Origin: Eledone cirrhosa
Lineage: Eukaryota
Assembly: GCA_964016885.1 (NCBI GenBank)
Contig: OZ024743.1
Coordinates: 81,654,001-81,718,000, forward strand
Length of the DNA stretch: 64,000 nt
Reading direction: 5' to 3'
This document shows positions 30,295-47,106 of this stretch, piece by piece. Below the pieces are notes generated by a model. It was not told where the DNA came from. It saw only the letters and a list, made by a program, of their open reading frames with translations, and made no database searches. A program made the translations under genes and the position numbers. Each line of letters opens with the position of its first letter. The stretch's first letter is position 1.

Positions 30295-30705
30295 ATACTT
30301 GGGGAGGGTCATATTGTTGTAATAATATTGCCAGAAATTATAACAGAACACACTCACAAGAAGAAAGAAAGGAAGAAAAAATAAATAAAAATGACGTAAA
30401 CATTACAATACAATAGGAGGGAACACAATAGTACCACTGATGATGTTGCAGATGTGCAATGAAAGAACTTTGATAGACTATATATATATATTTAAATCTG
30501 TATTTTTAACAGTTGTTCAATCAATGATAAACATTGATGGCCAAATATGGAGATATAAAAAATACAGAAGCGAAAACCAACCAAACAGTGATTGTGTTGT
30601 GTTATTATTTCTGGCAATATTATTACAACAATATGACCCTCCCCAAGTATAACCATATTTGTTTCGATACACGATTTCATATCAAAAACCTTGCAAAACA
30701 AATAT
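30288..30705 (+). mobile_element. Fold-back PLE stub with hammerhead at 30428-30481
   Basis: Arms 30288-30357 and 30587-30657; CTGATGA-gttgca/tgcaat-GAAA; (TA)n flanks. Confidence 0.78.
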
Positions 30706-30774
30706 ATATATATACATTCATATATATATATATATATATGTGTGTGTGTATATTTATATATATATATATGTGTG

Positions 30775-31448
<674 letters not shown>

Positions 31449-31451
<3 letters not shown>

Positions 31452-31783
31452 AAAGTTCTATTTAAAATTGTTGGGATACAACAAGTAAATATTTTTATAA
31501 CTGATATAAAGCACTCGACAAGTATTTGGAGTAGGTATACGATATTAATAAATGGAAATTATATTTATAAAAAAAGTAATATAAACAAATCACTATCCGG
31601 ATGACTTCCAAAAACAATGGTTGCATTTTAATAGGGTACGTCAAAGCTTATTTGTAAAACTGTTATATATTGTATATTTTGTCTGATGAAGGCATACCAT
31701 AATTTAATTTGGTATCCCTGAAATATGTATAATGAAATAAATATGGTTTTATAAATATGATTTCCATTTATTAATATCGTATA
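31449..31783 (-). mobile_element. Fold-back stub of the same family as the 13819-17020 PLE; hammerhead 31675-31739 (+)
   Basis: Tail and arm homologous to 13819-13945; CTGATGA-agg.atacca/tggtat.cct-GAAA. Confidence 0.85.
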
Positions 31784-31793
31784 TATATATATC

Positions 31794-31857
<64 letters not shown>

Positions 31858-31870
31858 TATATATATATAT

Positions 31871-31982
<112 letters not shown>

Positions 31983-32297
31983 ATATATCACCGGTTGATA
32001 GAGACTAAGAGAATTTTGGTAAAATTTATGTGCCTTTTTTCTTCAAACTTCTATTTTGTACCTAATTCCGTGTAGTTAACTATTTGTCTAATCAATTTCT
32101 ACAAGCTAAAAGAAATAATTAAATAAGTGTCATATGGCTGTACATCTCGGAAAATATTCTGTATCATTTGTCTATTATTTCTTCATAAGTACATTTTAAA
32201 CTTATAGCCTCGTTTAAATGATTTTTATGTGGTCGATTTATACTGATTAGGAGAGGAAATACTGTATATATTTTATCTAATGATTCTTTGGACTTAC

Positions 32298-32339
<42 letters not shown>

Positions 32340-32514
32340 CAAGGAAACAAAAATCGAACAAGAGGATGCAATAACATGAAGTCCATTAATTTCACAATTG
32401 GAGGAAGAAGGGTGGGTTTTAAGAGATGTCAACATGAATGGACCTGTTATTTTTATTTAAAGACATATTTTCAAATTCCAACCCGCCCGTCCCTTCAATC
32501 TATCTTATTTCTCA

Positions 32515-32554
32515 TTCTTATTCTGATGAAGGACTAGCGTCCGAAACGTTAAGA
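32515..32554 (+). ncRNA. Minimal hammerhead ribozyme
   Basis: CTGATGA-a-ggac-tagc-gtcc-GAAACGTT with palindromic stem III; insert lies between (TA)n tracts. Confidence 0.78.
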
Positions 32555-32642
32555 CCCTCTCCCTGCTATATCAAGCGTTAACCTAATATACCCCTTCCAT
32601 ATACTGTACCGATTGTGTTGTTATTTCTGTTTGGCTTTTACA

Positions 32643-32703
<61 letters not shown>

Positions 32704-32808
32704 CTCTGGTATCTTCTTCATATCCATGGAGCGCTTGTCTGCACAATACGGAAGTTGCGTTTCGCTAATTTCTACCCGCCGAAATGCGATTCTCGGTAAA
32801 TTTATATT

Positions 32809-32883
<75 letters not shown>

Positions 32884-33653
32884 CTTTGATCTTATCCATG
32901 CATGTTTATATGTGGGTATGAATGAGTGTGTCACTTGCGCATGCGCCTTTTTGGCCGAGCTCAGTTGGTTATGATGTCCAATATTCCAGTTGTTCAAACG
33001 ACAGAACAGCCTGTTCAATGACACGCCCTGGAATCGAACTCACGATTTTTCGAATGGTGATGCGAACACCCTAACCACTAACCTCAAATCCAGGCGTAAA
33101 TGTATTAAATGAATGCGTGCGTATATTTGCTGCCACGTGTCACCAGCGGAGCCTTATTTAAGAGGCACACATGCCTCTGTTCACTCATACTGGTACACAT
33201 ACGGTCGACCGAGTCACACAATAGCGAACACGTGTCTGCTTCAAATCATATATTATGGGATTCCTCTTACTTTCAATATATATGTGTGTGTGTGTGTGTT
33301 TGTGTGTGTTTGTTAGTTTGTTTGTTGAAGTGTTCCGTGCATGCGTGTGTACATGTATTTATATCTGTGTGTGTATGTGTCTATATGTGCATACTTGTGT
33401 GCTCTTGCATGTGGGTGACTAGAGAATGATCGAAAAGAGCTAGATATTCACACACACACACACACACACACTATATATATATATATATATATATACACAC
33501 AAAGACACACACACATACACACACACTCACACATATATTAGAATTGGTACTCTGAAATAGCGATATATATATGAATGTATATATTGTGTATTTTGCAATA
33601 CACTGTATGCTAAGAATCCAACATTCATAGTTTTCAACAAACAAGGCGAGTGC

Positions 33654-33701
33654 TAAGCTCTGAGGAATACCAACAGTATGAAACAGAGATCTGTCAGCTT
33701 A
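33654..33701 (+). ncRNA. Canonical type I hammerhead ribozyme within fold-back stub 33540-33860
   Basis: taagct-CTGAGGA-atac-caaca-gtat-GAAA-cag-agat-ctg-TC-agctta; all three stems pair perfectly, GUC site. Confidence 0.9.
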
Positions 33702-33849
33702 TCTCCCTTTGTTTATTGAAAAAATAAGTAAGTGACATAGTCACTTCATTAAAACAATAGCGTAAGGTCTTCAAAATGCTTTTAATTAAGCATACAGTGT
33801 ATTGCAAAATACACTATATATACACTATATATACACTATATATACATTC

Positions 33850-33954
<105 letters not shown>

Positions 33955-34076
33955 TATATATGTGCGGGAAAGAGGGTGAGATATTTAAAACATTAGAAGT
34001 CAGAAAACAAATGAAATACATACACTCAAACTCACACACACGTTCGCATATATGAATATGTACATATATACATAGA

Positions 34077-34182
<106 letters not shown>

Positions 34183-34242
34183 GATATTTATATATATATA
34201 TATAGTGAAAGAATGGATTACCTATAAAGATAAGTTGTTATC

Positions 34243-34291
<49 letters not shown>

Positions 34292-34294
<3 letters not shown>

Positions 34295-34660
34295 CGTTTC
34301 TGAATTTGTTTAGCAAGATTATTTATCTGAAAACGTGTGTTGAAACTAATATTGTTATGCTTTGGGAGGGTCATGTTGCCAATAAGAAACACACGCACCA
34401 GTTGCTTTCACTTCAATTTATTATAAATAAAATTCATAAATTTATAAAATTCCGGTTGGTTGGTTGGTTGGTTCCACAACCAGACGATTGTCAGAGTTCT
34501 TTCGTCACACATTCTGTGACCTCTTCAGTGACTGGGATTCTTTGTTTTTGTGCCTCTCCTTTGTTCTGTCCTACGCCATCTTGTTTTTTCAAAAAACAAG
34601 AAAGCAACTGGTGCGTGCGTTTCTTATTGGCAACATGACCCTCCCAAAGCATAACAATAT
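34292..34660 (-). mobile_element. Fold-back PLE stub with hammerhead 34490-34532 (-)
   Basis: Arms 34349-34409 and 34600-34660; gtca-CTGAAGA-ggtcaca/tgtgac-GAAA-gaac-TC-tgac. Confidence 0.82.
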
Positions 34661-34669
34661 ATATATATA

Positions 34670-35314
34670 TAATGAGGTAAATATCTCGGTGTATTAAGTA
34701 TCCATAGAGATATATAGTGTGTCTCTAATATAATTGGTGTTCAATGGTACTAATTCGAGATACCAGACTATACAAATTCTTTAAAAAACAATTCTTTAAA
34801 AACAATTCTTTAAAAAAAAAAAATAATAATTTAAATATTTACCCGTTCATAATGCTATTACCGGCGGTTTCGCTTCACAAAAGGTTAGAAATTCGGAGAA
34901 TTTCTAACGGAAAAGTAAAGTTCATCAGATAGCTATTTCCATACAGTAGGAACTAGTCCCACAATCTGCAAATACATTGCAAACAACCAGCTAGTATGAG
35001 TAAGGCCGTTAAAATGACCCACACATGAACTGGCCACTAGAAAAAGCGGGAATATTACATACGCGTTGATGCCTATTCTGCTAAATAAATAGCAGTAAGT
35101 AGCAACGAATTTTTTTCTCGACATAGGTAGGAGAATTCATAAAATGAGGTATGGAAATAGCTATCTGATGAACTTTACTTTTCCGTTAGAAATTCTCCGA
35201 ATCTCTAACCTTTTGTAAAGCGAAATCGCCGGTCATAGCATTATGAACGGGTAAATATTTAAATCATTTTTTTTTTTTAAAGAATTGTTTAATGTTTGTT
35301 TGTTCTGCTCTTCT

Positions 35315-35320
<6 letters not shown>
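34670..35320 (-). mobile_element. Fold-back PLE stub with hammerheads in both arms (34854-34933 minus; 35160-35239 plus)
   Basis: gctat-CTGATGA-long stem II-GAAA-(c/t)cgccgg-T(A/C)-atagc. Confidence 0.88.
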
Positions 35321-35400
<80 letters not shown>

Positions 35401-35467
35401 CGAAGGAAATGTGGTAAGGAACCAGATGGACCATAACGCACCAATATATATATATATATATATATAT

Positions 35468-36006
35468 AGAAGTGGATGGATACCTCAACAGGTACAATGT
35501 ACTTGTAGAAATATTCAAGTTGTTTATAATACATGTGGTTCAATGGCACTAATTCGAGATACCAGAACAATATAAAAGTAGCGAAACAAACGGTTATTAA
35601 ACAATTTTCTAAATAAATTAAACAATGATTAAATAATCACCTGTTCAGATGCTGTTACCGACGGTTTCATCATTCCGAAAGATTGGAAATCCAACGAATT
35701 TCCAATGGAAAGAAATGAATCTTCAGACAGCCCTATTTCCACGCTATAAGGTATAGCAAGTAAATATTATGCTCCCTGCCCAACGCATGCGGTCAAGCCG
35801 TTAAAGTGACACACACGCAACTTGCTATACCTTATAGCGTGGAAATAGGGCTGTCTGAAGATTCATTTCTTTCCATTGGAAATTCGTTGGATTTCCAATC
35901 TTTCGGAATGATGAAACCGTCGGTAACAGCATCTGAACAGGTGATTATTTAATCATTTTTTAATTTATTTAGAAAATTGTTTAATAACCGTTTGTTTCGC
36001 TACTTT

Positions 36007-36011
<5 letters not shown>
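35468..36011 (-). mobile_element. Fold-back PLE stub with hammerheads in both arms (35651-35731 minus; 35850-35930 plus)
   Basis: ~190-bp near-identical arms 35570-35761 and 35819-36011; gctgt-CTGAAGA-long stem II-GAAA-ccgtcgg-TA-acagc. Confidence 0.9.
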
Positions 36012-36096
<85 letters not shown>

Positions 36097-36097
<1 letters not shown>

Positions 36098-36402
36098 TTG
36101 TTATATAGTAAGGTGTATTATTGGTTGTGTCAAACGGTCCAATAAATTGTTGTTAGCAATATTAAATTCTCCACGCTTTTGTATATCTCCAATTACATTT
36201 ATGATATGAGGGACTAAACTCTGTGAGTGAACATCGTTAATTTTCTCCCTCATATCAAGGATTTGAAGACAATTCATTCTCACCTGACGAGATCAGTGAT
36301 AATCGATCAAGGCTACACGATCGATCTATCTCTTATTGAAACATGTGTCGTAATTAAAATGATTGGAAATTTATACCATGCCTTCGGATATTTATTTTGA
36401 TA
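36097..36402 (-). mobile_element. PLE stub with inversion but no duplicated arm; hammerhead-like 36279-36353 (+)
   Basis: 36097-36194 is the reverse complement of ~19186-19282; 36220-36402 is collinear with ~18963-19143. Confidence 0.8.
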
Positions 36403-36406
36403 TATA

Positions 36407-36498
<92 letters not shown>

Positions 36499-37163
36499 TT
36501 TGTATGTATGTACATGTACACATTATACATGTACATATATATGCTTGTGTGCATGTGAGTGTGCAGTGGAGTTTTTCTCCTGAATGAGTAAATTTGCTGG
36601 TAATACCAACGTTTGAAACTATTCACTGTAAACACTATATAACCCCTATCTCTGCTATACAAGGGACTTAATAACATGTCAAAAGAACTGATTTAAAGGT
36701 AGTTCATTATAGAAAGAATATTTCATCAAACTGAATGAACCTGAAGAATTGTTTTTCTTTATTTTTTCTGTGTAGGGCTACAAAATATGACATCGTTGCA
36801 GTTCCATTATTTGAAGAAAATAGTCATGAACATTCATTTAGATACATGCATTAGTCGCAGCTTAAAAACAGATGACAGTTTCGTCTGCTGTCTTTGGAGT
36901 CCTTAAACTCTGATGTAGTCTTGGCCATTTTAAGTCTGGCACGGCCTATCCTTATGCGTGACAGAACTTAGTCGATAACTTCTAATATACTTGGGCGCTC
37001 TGCTATACCCTGGCCCATCTTAATGTGAATGGATTTAACTGAAGCTCTACCAAAATACCGGTTCTTTCATAAAAGTATGGCCCGTCCGAACCGGCGTGGA
37101 CAGCTACACGTTCATGGCACCCGGAAGCGATGGGATAATGCGTAATCTAATTCCTTAGTTTCT

Positions 37164-37231
<68 letters not shown>

Positions 37232-37249
37232 ACACACACACACACACAG

Positions 37250-37284
<35 letters not shown>

Positions 37285-37365
37285 CACACACATACACACA
37301 CACACACACACACGCACACACACAGACACACACACAGACACACACACACACACACACACGCACAC

Positions 37366-37433
<68 letters not shown>

Positions 37434-37559
37434 CCTCAAAGTCGTCGTTTAATCTTTGTCATCTTCATAATTGGCGACAAAGACGATTGATGACGATGAC
37501 AGCAATAATGTCAGTGATAATGATGAGGATGCTGGTAAAGTAATGAAAATGACTGTTAT

Positions 37560-37655
37560 TCTTGATGTTTGTGTTGATGGTGATGATGAGGAGGAGGAGG
37601 AGGAAGGATAGGAAGTTGTTGTTGTTGATGATGACAAATGTTGATGGTGGTGGTA

Positions 37656-37690
<35 letters not shown>

Positions 37691-37700
37691 AATGATAATG

Positions 37701-37739
<39 letters not shown>

Positions 37740-37871
37740 GTGATGATAATGAGGATGATGATGATGGTGATGATGATGATGGTGGTGGTGATGATGGTGG
37801 TGGTGATGGTGGTGGTGGTGGTGATGATAATGAGGATGATGATAATGATAATGATGATGATGGTGATGATA

Positions 37872-37913
<42 letters not shown>

Positions 37914-37920
37914 GTGGTAG

Positions 37921-37967
<47 letters not shown>

Positions 37968-38031
37968 GTGATGATAATGAGGATGATGATGATGGTGATG
38001 ATGATGATGGTGGTGGTGATGATGGTGGTGG

Positions 38032-38065
<34 letters not shown>

Positions 38066-38106
38066 GATGATAATGAGGATGATGATAATGATAATGATGA
38101 TGATGG

Positions 38107-38147
<41 letters not shown>

Positions 38148-38154
38148 GTGGTAG

Positions 38155-38192
<38 letters not shown>

Positions 38193-38235
38193 GTGATGAT
38201 GGTGATGATGATGATGGTGATGATGGTGATGATGG

Positions 38236-38267
<32 letters not shown>

Positions 38268-38274
38268 GTGGTAG

Positions 38275-38312
<38 letters not shown>

Positions 38313-38349
38313 GTGATGATGGTGATGATGGTGATGATGGTGATGATGG

Positions 38350-38381
<32 letters not shown>

Positions 38382-38388
38382 GTGGTAG

Positions 38389-38440
<52 letters not shown>

Positions 38441-38463
38441 GATGGTGATGATGGTGATGATGG

Positions 38464-38495
<32 letters not shown>

Positions 38496-38502
38496 GTGGT
38501 AG

Positions 38503-38540
<38 letters not shown>

Positions 38541-38570
38541 GTGATGATGGTGATGATGGTGATGATGATG
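37560..38570. repeat. (GAT/GGT)n trinucleotide array with higher-order blocks
   Basis: Recurrent GGTGGTAGT and GATAATGAG interruptions. Confidence 0.97.
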
Positions 38571-38862
38571 CACAACGATGAGACTTATAGAATGAAATAT
38601 CCCAAAAGAACGTTCATTACTACGTTAGATAGAGAGAGGAAATGTAGAGAGAGAGAGAGAGAGAAAGAGACTGACAGAGATAGAGGGGTGTGAGTGGGAG
38701 GAGGAGAGAGAAGGAAAGTGTAAGAGTCACAAGTAATTAGATTTCTTATGTTGGTGCCATTTTGTCTAAGATTCAATTCCTTCGTGTCTCATCTGATGTC
38801 ACAAGATCAGCTGCCCCACCGCCACAACAACATGAAGAGACATTTCAGACTTAATATATTCA

Positions 38863-39115
38863 TGTATGTATATTAATGTATCTATATCATACAATAGGCG
38901 TACATTTTGGTCTACAAATGTTAGCCTCTATCTGACTTGCGACAGCCTACTTCTGCTCTTTCAAAAGTCTTTCATTTATCAGACGACTTGTATGTATTTG
39001 AATGTATCTATACCAAACAATGGACGAACGTTTCGGTCTACAAACTGCTAGCCTCTATCTGGCCTGCGACAGCCTCCTTCTGGTGCTTCAAACGTCTTCC
39101 ATTTATCAGACGACA
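38863..39115. repeat. Diverged ~125-bp tandem duplication
   Basis: ..GGTCTACAAA..TAGCCTCTATCTG..GCGACAGCC..CATTTATCAGACGAC occurs twice. Confidence 0.8.
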
Positions 39116-39257
39116 TGCGTGCAACTTGCTAATCTGTGTGAATCACAGAACCACTAACTTCTCTCTCAGTCACATTACTTCAACCAATGCCATTCAGACC
39201 ACTTCTAAAAAGCAGCGGTTTGATGTTTATATATTCAACTGTATATCTTACTAAACC

Positions 39258-39297
<40 letters not shown>

Positions 39298-39302
39298 TAT
39301 AC

Positions 39303-39403
<101 letters not shown>

Positions 39404-39552
39404 CACACATATGCATGCATACATATTCATACATAGAATTGCATAAATATATAAAGAGAGATATGGGGAAGAAAGAAATGGGGAGAGAAAGACAAAATCT
39501 TGTGTATGTGATGTAACTGTCTCTGAATATGATTGGATAGTATTATCATATG

Positions 39553-39625
<73 letters not shown>

Positions 39626-39773
39626 GTGTGTGTTTGTGTGTATGTGTGTCTGTGTGTGTGTGTATGTATATTAGCGCTAACACGTTATCTAAATGTGTTG
39701 TCATGGGTCATATTCTGTATTTAATCTATTAAACATATAAATAACAAAACTAAAGTCAATGCTGTACTTAACA

Positions 39774-40119
39774 TTCTCGAGTCCCGAATAATAGGTGGGT
39801 ATGTGAGGGGAATAAGAGGGGTGAGGTAGAAAATCGATAATTTTTCTAGGTTGTTTCAGTTGACTGTTTTAAAAATCCAAAATTAGTCGTTTAGTTTACA
39901 TATTGAGACCCATACCTATCCTATTTATTTTATGACGTACGCGATTTCGTTTTTATCATGTATAATGTGTTTTTAATGTCTAAAATCAATTGTCGCCGGA
40001 ATGCTACCACTTAAAATAAGATTTCTCCAGAGATAGATTAACAAAATTTAATAAGCGGGGTGGGTGGAAACATCTGAAAAATTAATAAGTGGGGGTGGGC
40101 ATTATTGGTAACCGGAGAG
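39774..40119. mobile_element. G-rich MITE (family of 57858-58132)
   Basis: Imperfect TIRs TTCTCGAGTCCCGAATAA / TTATTGGTAACCGGAGAG. Confidence 0.6.
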
Positions 40120-40125
40120 TCTATA

Positions 40126-40307
40126 TAATTATTTCTACTTTGGACACAAGGCCAGCAATTATCCCAGTTCATTACTGGTGCTTTATTTTATCGACCCCGT
40201 AAAGATAAAAGGTAAAGTTAACCTCGACAGGATTTGAACTCTGACCATAAAGGGCCGTAACTCTTTACTGCAAAGCATGGCGTCTGACCCTCTACCGATA
40301 CTGCCAA
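40126..40307 (-). mobile_element. SINE (Meta-domain-like)
   Basis: Reverse complement of the 27076 consensus. Confidence 0.9.
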
Positions 40308-41279
40308 ACTTGTACTGAATCTCTTTCGTGCAGATTTCCTTCAATTTTAAAAACCAGTTAGAGAAATCTGTAGTTCGATTTAGTTCTCCATCTGATTGGA
40401 AATGAAATATGATCTTTTAAGAATCTTTATAGATATTAGTTTTTCAAATTAGTCGACTCTTGGCAAGCTATAATTACAGGGTATAGTTTAAAGTTCTCCC
40501 ACATTCTTTTTTTATATCCCTTCAAAATGTGGGTGATCTTTATGCCCCACCTTGTATTTAGATTTTAATGGCAGCGCAGAAGCATGGTGGCATTTTTAAA
40601 TATTTTCTTTATCTGGAAACCAAGAAACCTATTTGTTTTTGAAATTCCTTTGCAGCCATATGGTTCTGGGTCCCGTCCCACTATAAATGGATGACGATTG
40701 AACTTACGTTCACCGAATTCACAGACTAGATCCCTTCTTCCTCCCGTTAGACCTGTACGGAATTCCTTCTTTGCTCACATTCCAACCAGGTTTGATGGTC
40801 TTTATTCTCTCTCGTTCACGATTTCACCGAATTTATATTCATAGAAATTTGGGACTTGACTTCGTCTTACTCACTTTTCGTTGCTTCACCATCTTTGTTT
40901 GTTTACACTCGTGTCCCCTTTATTTACGTGTCCCAACGACTTTTTTTAGCCGTTGCTCGCACCAACCGGAGGTATATGGTCTTTAAAGCGATGAAATACC
41001 AATGATGGTTGGAATATCATTGATGAAGGACTAACTTTATTCATATGTAACCCATTAGCAACCACGCAGCACGTTTATTCTCATATTTATATATATATAT
41101 ATATATATATACATATGTGTGTGTGTATGTATGTGTGTGTGTGCGTGTATGTATGTGTATATGTGTATGTATATGTGTGTGTATGTATGTGTGTATGTGT
41201 GTATGTATTTATATATATATATAAGTATATGTAAATGTATGTATATGTACGTATGTATGTATGTATATATATATGAGGG

Positions 41280-41435
41280 CCTTTGTTTATGTCCTGTAAC
41301 TTAGTAGTTGTCTAATAAAATGAGAGCGATAAAATAAGTATCAGACTTGAAAAATAAATACTTGAGTCGATATGATCGTCAAAAGGTGGGGCCCCAGCAT
41401 GGTCAGAGTCATATGACTGAAATCACTAAACGAAT
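41280..41435 (+). mobile_element. 3' part of another SINE-like repeat
   Basis: GATAAAATAAGTATCAG...GTCGATATGATCG...CCCCAGCATGG resembles the Meta-like domain with a different tail. Confidence 0.5.
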
Positions 41436-41705
41436 ATTTATCTACTTTCTTGAATTCTTTCAACTATACATATGTACTTAATTCGCTTAAACACGTCACA
41501 CCGATAAAGGAAACGAAATTTCCGAAGCTGAAATTTCTGGGTATATAGAGAAAATTAATAGTGAAATTAAATTATTAAAAATACTGAAAAGGAAATATGT
41601 CATAATGTAATTATATTATGAAGAGGTGGCTGAATAGAGCTTACCTCCATTACTTCTCACTGTTGTAAAGAATACGAAAAATGGCAATGAAATAAATTGT
41701 TTACA

Positions 41706-41777
<72 letters not shown>

Positions 41778-41802
41778 TTATATATATATATATTTATATA
41801 TA

Positions 41803-41873
<71 letters not shown>

Positions 41874-41884
41874 TTAATATAGAT

Positions 41885-41937
41885 GAGATTCTACAGGACT
41901 AGAACTGTTTCATTCATTAGAAATCATCAGGAATCTC
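41885..41937 (-). ncRNA. Canonical type I hammerhead ribozyme, isolated between microsatellites
   Basis: gagattc-CTGATGA-tttc-taat-gaat-GAAA-cag..ctg-TA-gaatctc. Confidence 0.85.
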
Positions 41938-42013
41938 CATAGCTTTGTGTGTGTGTGTGTGTGTGTGTAACAAACAAAACACAGGAGGCAAATTTAGTTA
42001 TATTAGATTCACG

Positions 42014-42195
<182 letters not shown>

Positions 42196-42228
42196 ATATA
42201 TATGTATGTATATATGTATGTATATATA

Positions 42229-42910
42229 CGGTAAATATTGATGCAATTCATTTCGAGCACTCTACGTACTTTTTCTACATAGGAATAATGGAGTATACTT
42301 CGAATAAGAAAGTGCGAAATACTTTCAGATGTTAAAGTCATTTATTGATAAGGCTGTGGTAAATTTCCTTCATATTTACGCCTGCGCAAAGCTATGGAAG
42401 AGAATTAGGGCTCATATGGAAACGGACGAAGGCTTCAACAACATCTTTGTCCCTTGTCGTTTTAATTTGGGTTACCTCGAGAACGTAACCTTGTTATGCG
42501 CATTTCAAACTGAACTGGTTTACATCAGCTCCATCCCTCCCGCTCTTAAACTGCTGAACTTTAAAAACAGGCGAGAATATATTGTTTTCTCGTCTGTGTA
42601 AATGAGGTGATTAATCTCATTTGCATATCAAGTTGCATAAATTGGAATAAAATAGAATAGAATTAGGATTTAGTTTCAGGCGAGAAAACCATATATTCTC
42701 GCCTGTTTACAAAGTCCAGCAGTTTAAGAGTGGGAGGGATCGAGCTGATGAGAACCAGTTCAGTTCGAAATGTGCATCCACAATTGTCTCCCTTGTTTCT
42801 GCTGGACACCGCCAGACGGCGTTAGTCGCTGGTGTTTTGGCATAGCTACGGCTCTCTAGATGTTTATTTTAAACATACCATATTTATTCTGAAATACGAA
42901 ATTCCAATAC
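42229..42910. mobile_element. Composite PLE stubs: tail of the 53817 family, then a fold-back with hammerhead 42741-42783 (+) and degenerate mirror 42491-42532
   Basis: Arms ~42491-42590 and 42683-42783; CTGATGA-gaac/gttc-GAAA-tgtgca-TC. Confidence 0.72.
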
Positions 42911-42942
42911 ATGTCTCTCTCTCTCTCCCTCTCTCTCTCTCT

Positions 42943-43140
<198 letters not shown>

Positions 43141-43181
43141 CGAAACATAAGTCAATAGCATGAACTCATAATCCTTTATTT

Positions 43182-43237
43182 ACTGCTATATATATTTCGA
43201 TGATAGCCATTGAATGGCTATGACCTCATCAGGCAGT
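43182..43237 (-). ncRNA. Type I hammerhead ribozyme
   Basis: actgc-CTGATGA-..atagccat/atggctat..-GAAA-tatata-TA-gcagt; homolog at 56704-56758. Confidence 0.85.
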
Positions 43238-43302
43238 TAGTCAGTTCTTAGATATGCCAGCTCTGTGTGTATAGTGTTGATGGTATCAGAGCCTTGGGAC
43301 AT

Positions 43303-45835
<2,533 letters not shown>

Positions 45836-47106
45836 CTAGTCTGTCCCTTCTGTTGTTTGTCCTTGCCCTGATGCCCCTGACTATTATACTGCGAAAAGTG
45901 AGAGCAGGATACAAGTTGGGAAAGGGAGAGCTTACCATCAATCACCTCCTCTTCATGGACGATCTTAAGCTCTTCGGGAAGAGTGAGAAGGAGTTGGATG
46001 TGCTTGTCGACACTGTCCGTATTTTCAGCAATGATATATGTATGCAATTTGGTATTAGTAAGTGTGGAGTCCTTGTGATGAAGCGGGGTAAATTGAGCAG
46101 AAGCAACGGAATCCAGGTACCAACGGGTGAGATGATAAAAGAAATTGACACTGAAGAAGGATACAAGTATTTGGGTATTCTGGAGGCTGATGACATCAAG
46201 AACAAAAAATGAAGGAATTGATAAGATCTAAATACATTCGGAGAATAAGGAGCGTATTAAAGCCACATCTGAACAGTAAATTCCCGCGCTGTGTCTATTA
46301 TTAGGTACAGTGCGGGAATTCTGATATGGAATGTTGCTGAACAAAAAGAAATGGATAGGAAGACTAGGAAGCTATTGACTATCTACAACATGTTCCACAA
46401 GAGGAGTGATGTCGATAGACTCTACTTAAGGAGATCTGAAGGTGGAAGAGCTCTTATCAGCATAGAGGACTGTGTTCAGATGGAGAAAAGCAACCTACAC
46501 AAATACGTGACCGATAGTAAGGAGCCAATGCTCAGAATTGTACTGTAGGAGAGTAAAATAGACCAAGGGATGTCCAAGGAGGAAATAACAACGAGGAGAA
46601 AGAACAACCTTCATGAAAAATGCCTTCATAGTACCTTCTTTGAGAAAACGGAATTCAGAGATCCACAGACATGGAACTGGTTGAGAAGAGGAGACCTTAA
46701 AAAGGCTACAGAAGGAATGCTAATGGCTGCGCAAGAGCAGACCCTCAAAACGAAGTGGCTGAAACACCATATTTACAAGGAGGAGGCTAGCCCATTGTGC
46801 AGGATCTGTGGAGAGAGGAGACTGTGGCTCACATTGTATCCGAGTGTAAACACCTAGCCCAGACTCACTATAAAGGCTGGAGGCATGATGTGATGGGCAG
46901 GGTGATCCACTGGCACCTATGCAAAGTAAACAATTTACCACATTCTTAGAAGTGGTATGAGCATAAGCCAGAGTCGGTGATAGAATACGATCAGGTGAAG
47001 GTGCTATGGGATTTTAGGATACAGACGGACAAGAAACTGGAACACAATAGACCTGACCTGGTGGTTTTGGACAAGGAAAAAAGATCGTGCCTGATTGTAG
47101 ATGTAG
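45836..47106 (+). mobile_element. R4/Dong-type non-LTR retrotransposon A, RT to RLE part, degraded
   Basis: NHLLFMDDLKLF, YKYLGILE, LYLRRSEGGR, CRICG..H...C, RHD, LWDFRIQTD..HNRPD. Confidence 0.9.

Noticed and set aside
36760-36860. Possible host exon after a polypyrimidine-AG
   Set aside because: Short frame ending in a stop, no recognisable domain, no supporting donor site.
37449-38693. Poly-His, poly-Asp and poly-Met ORFs
   Set aside because: Trinucleotide microsatellite open in several frames, with no splice or domain evidence.
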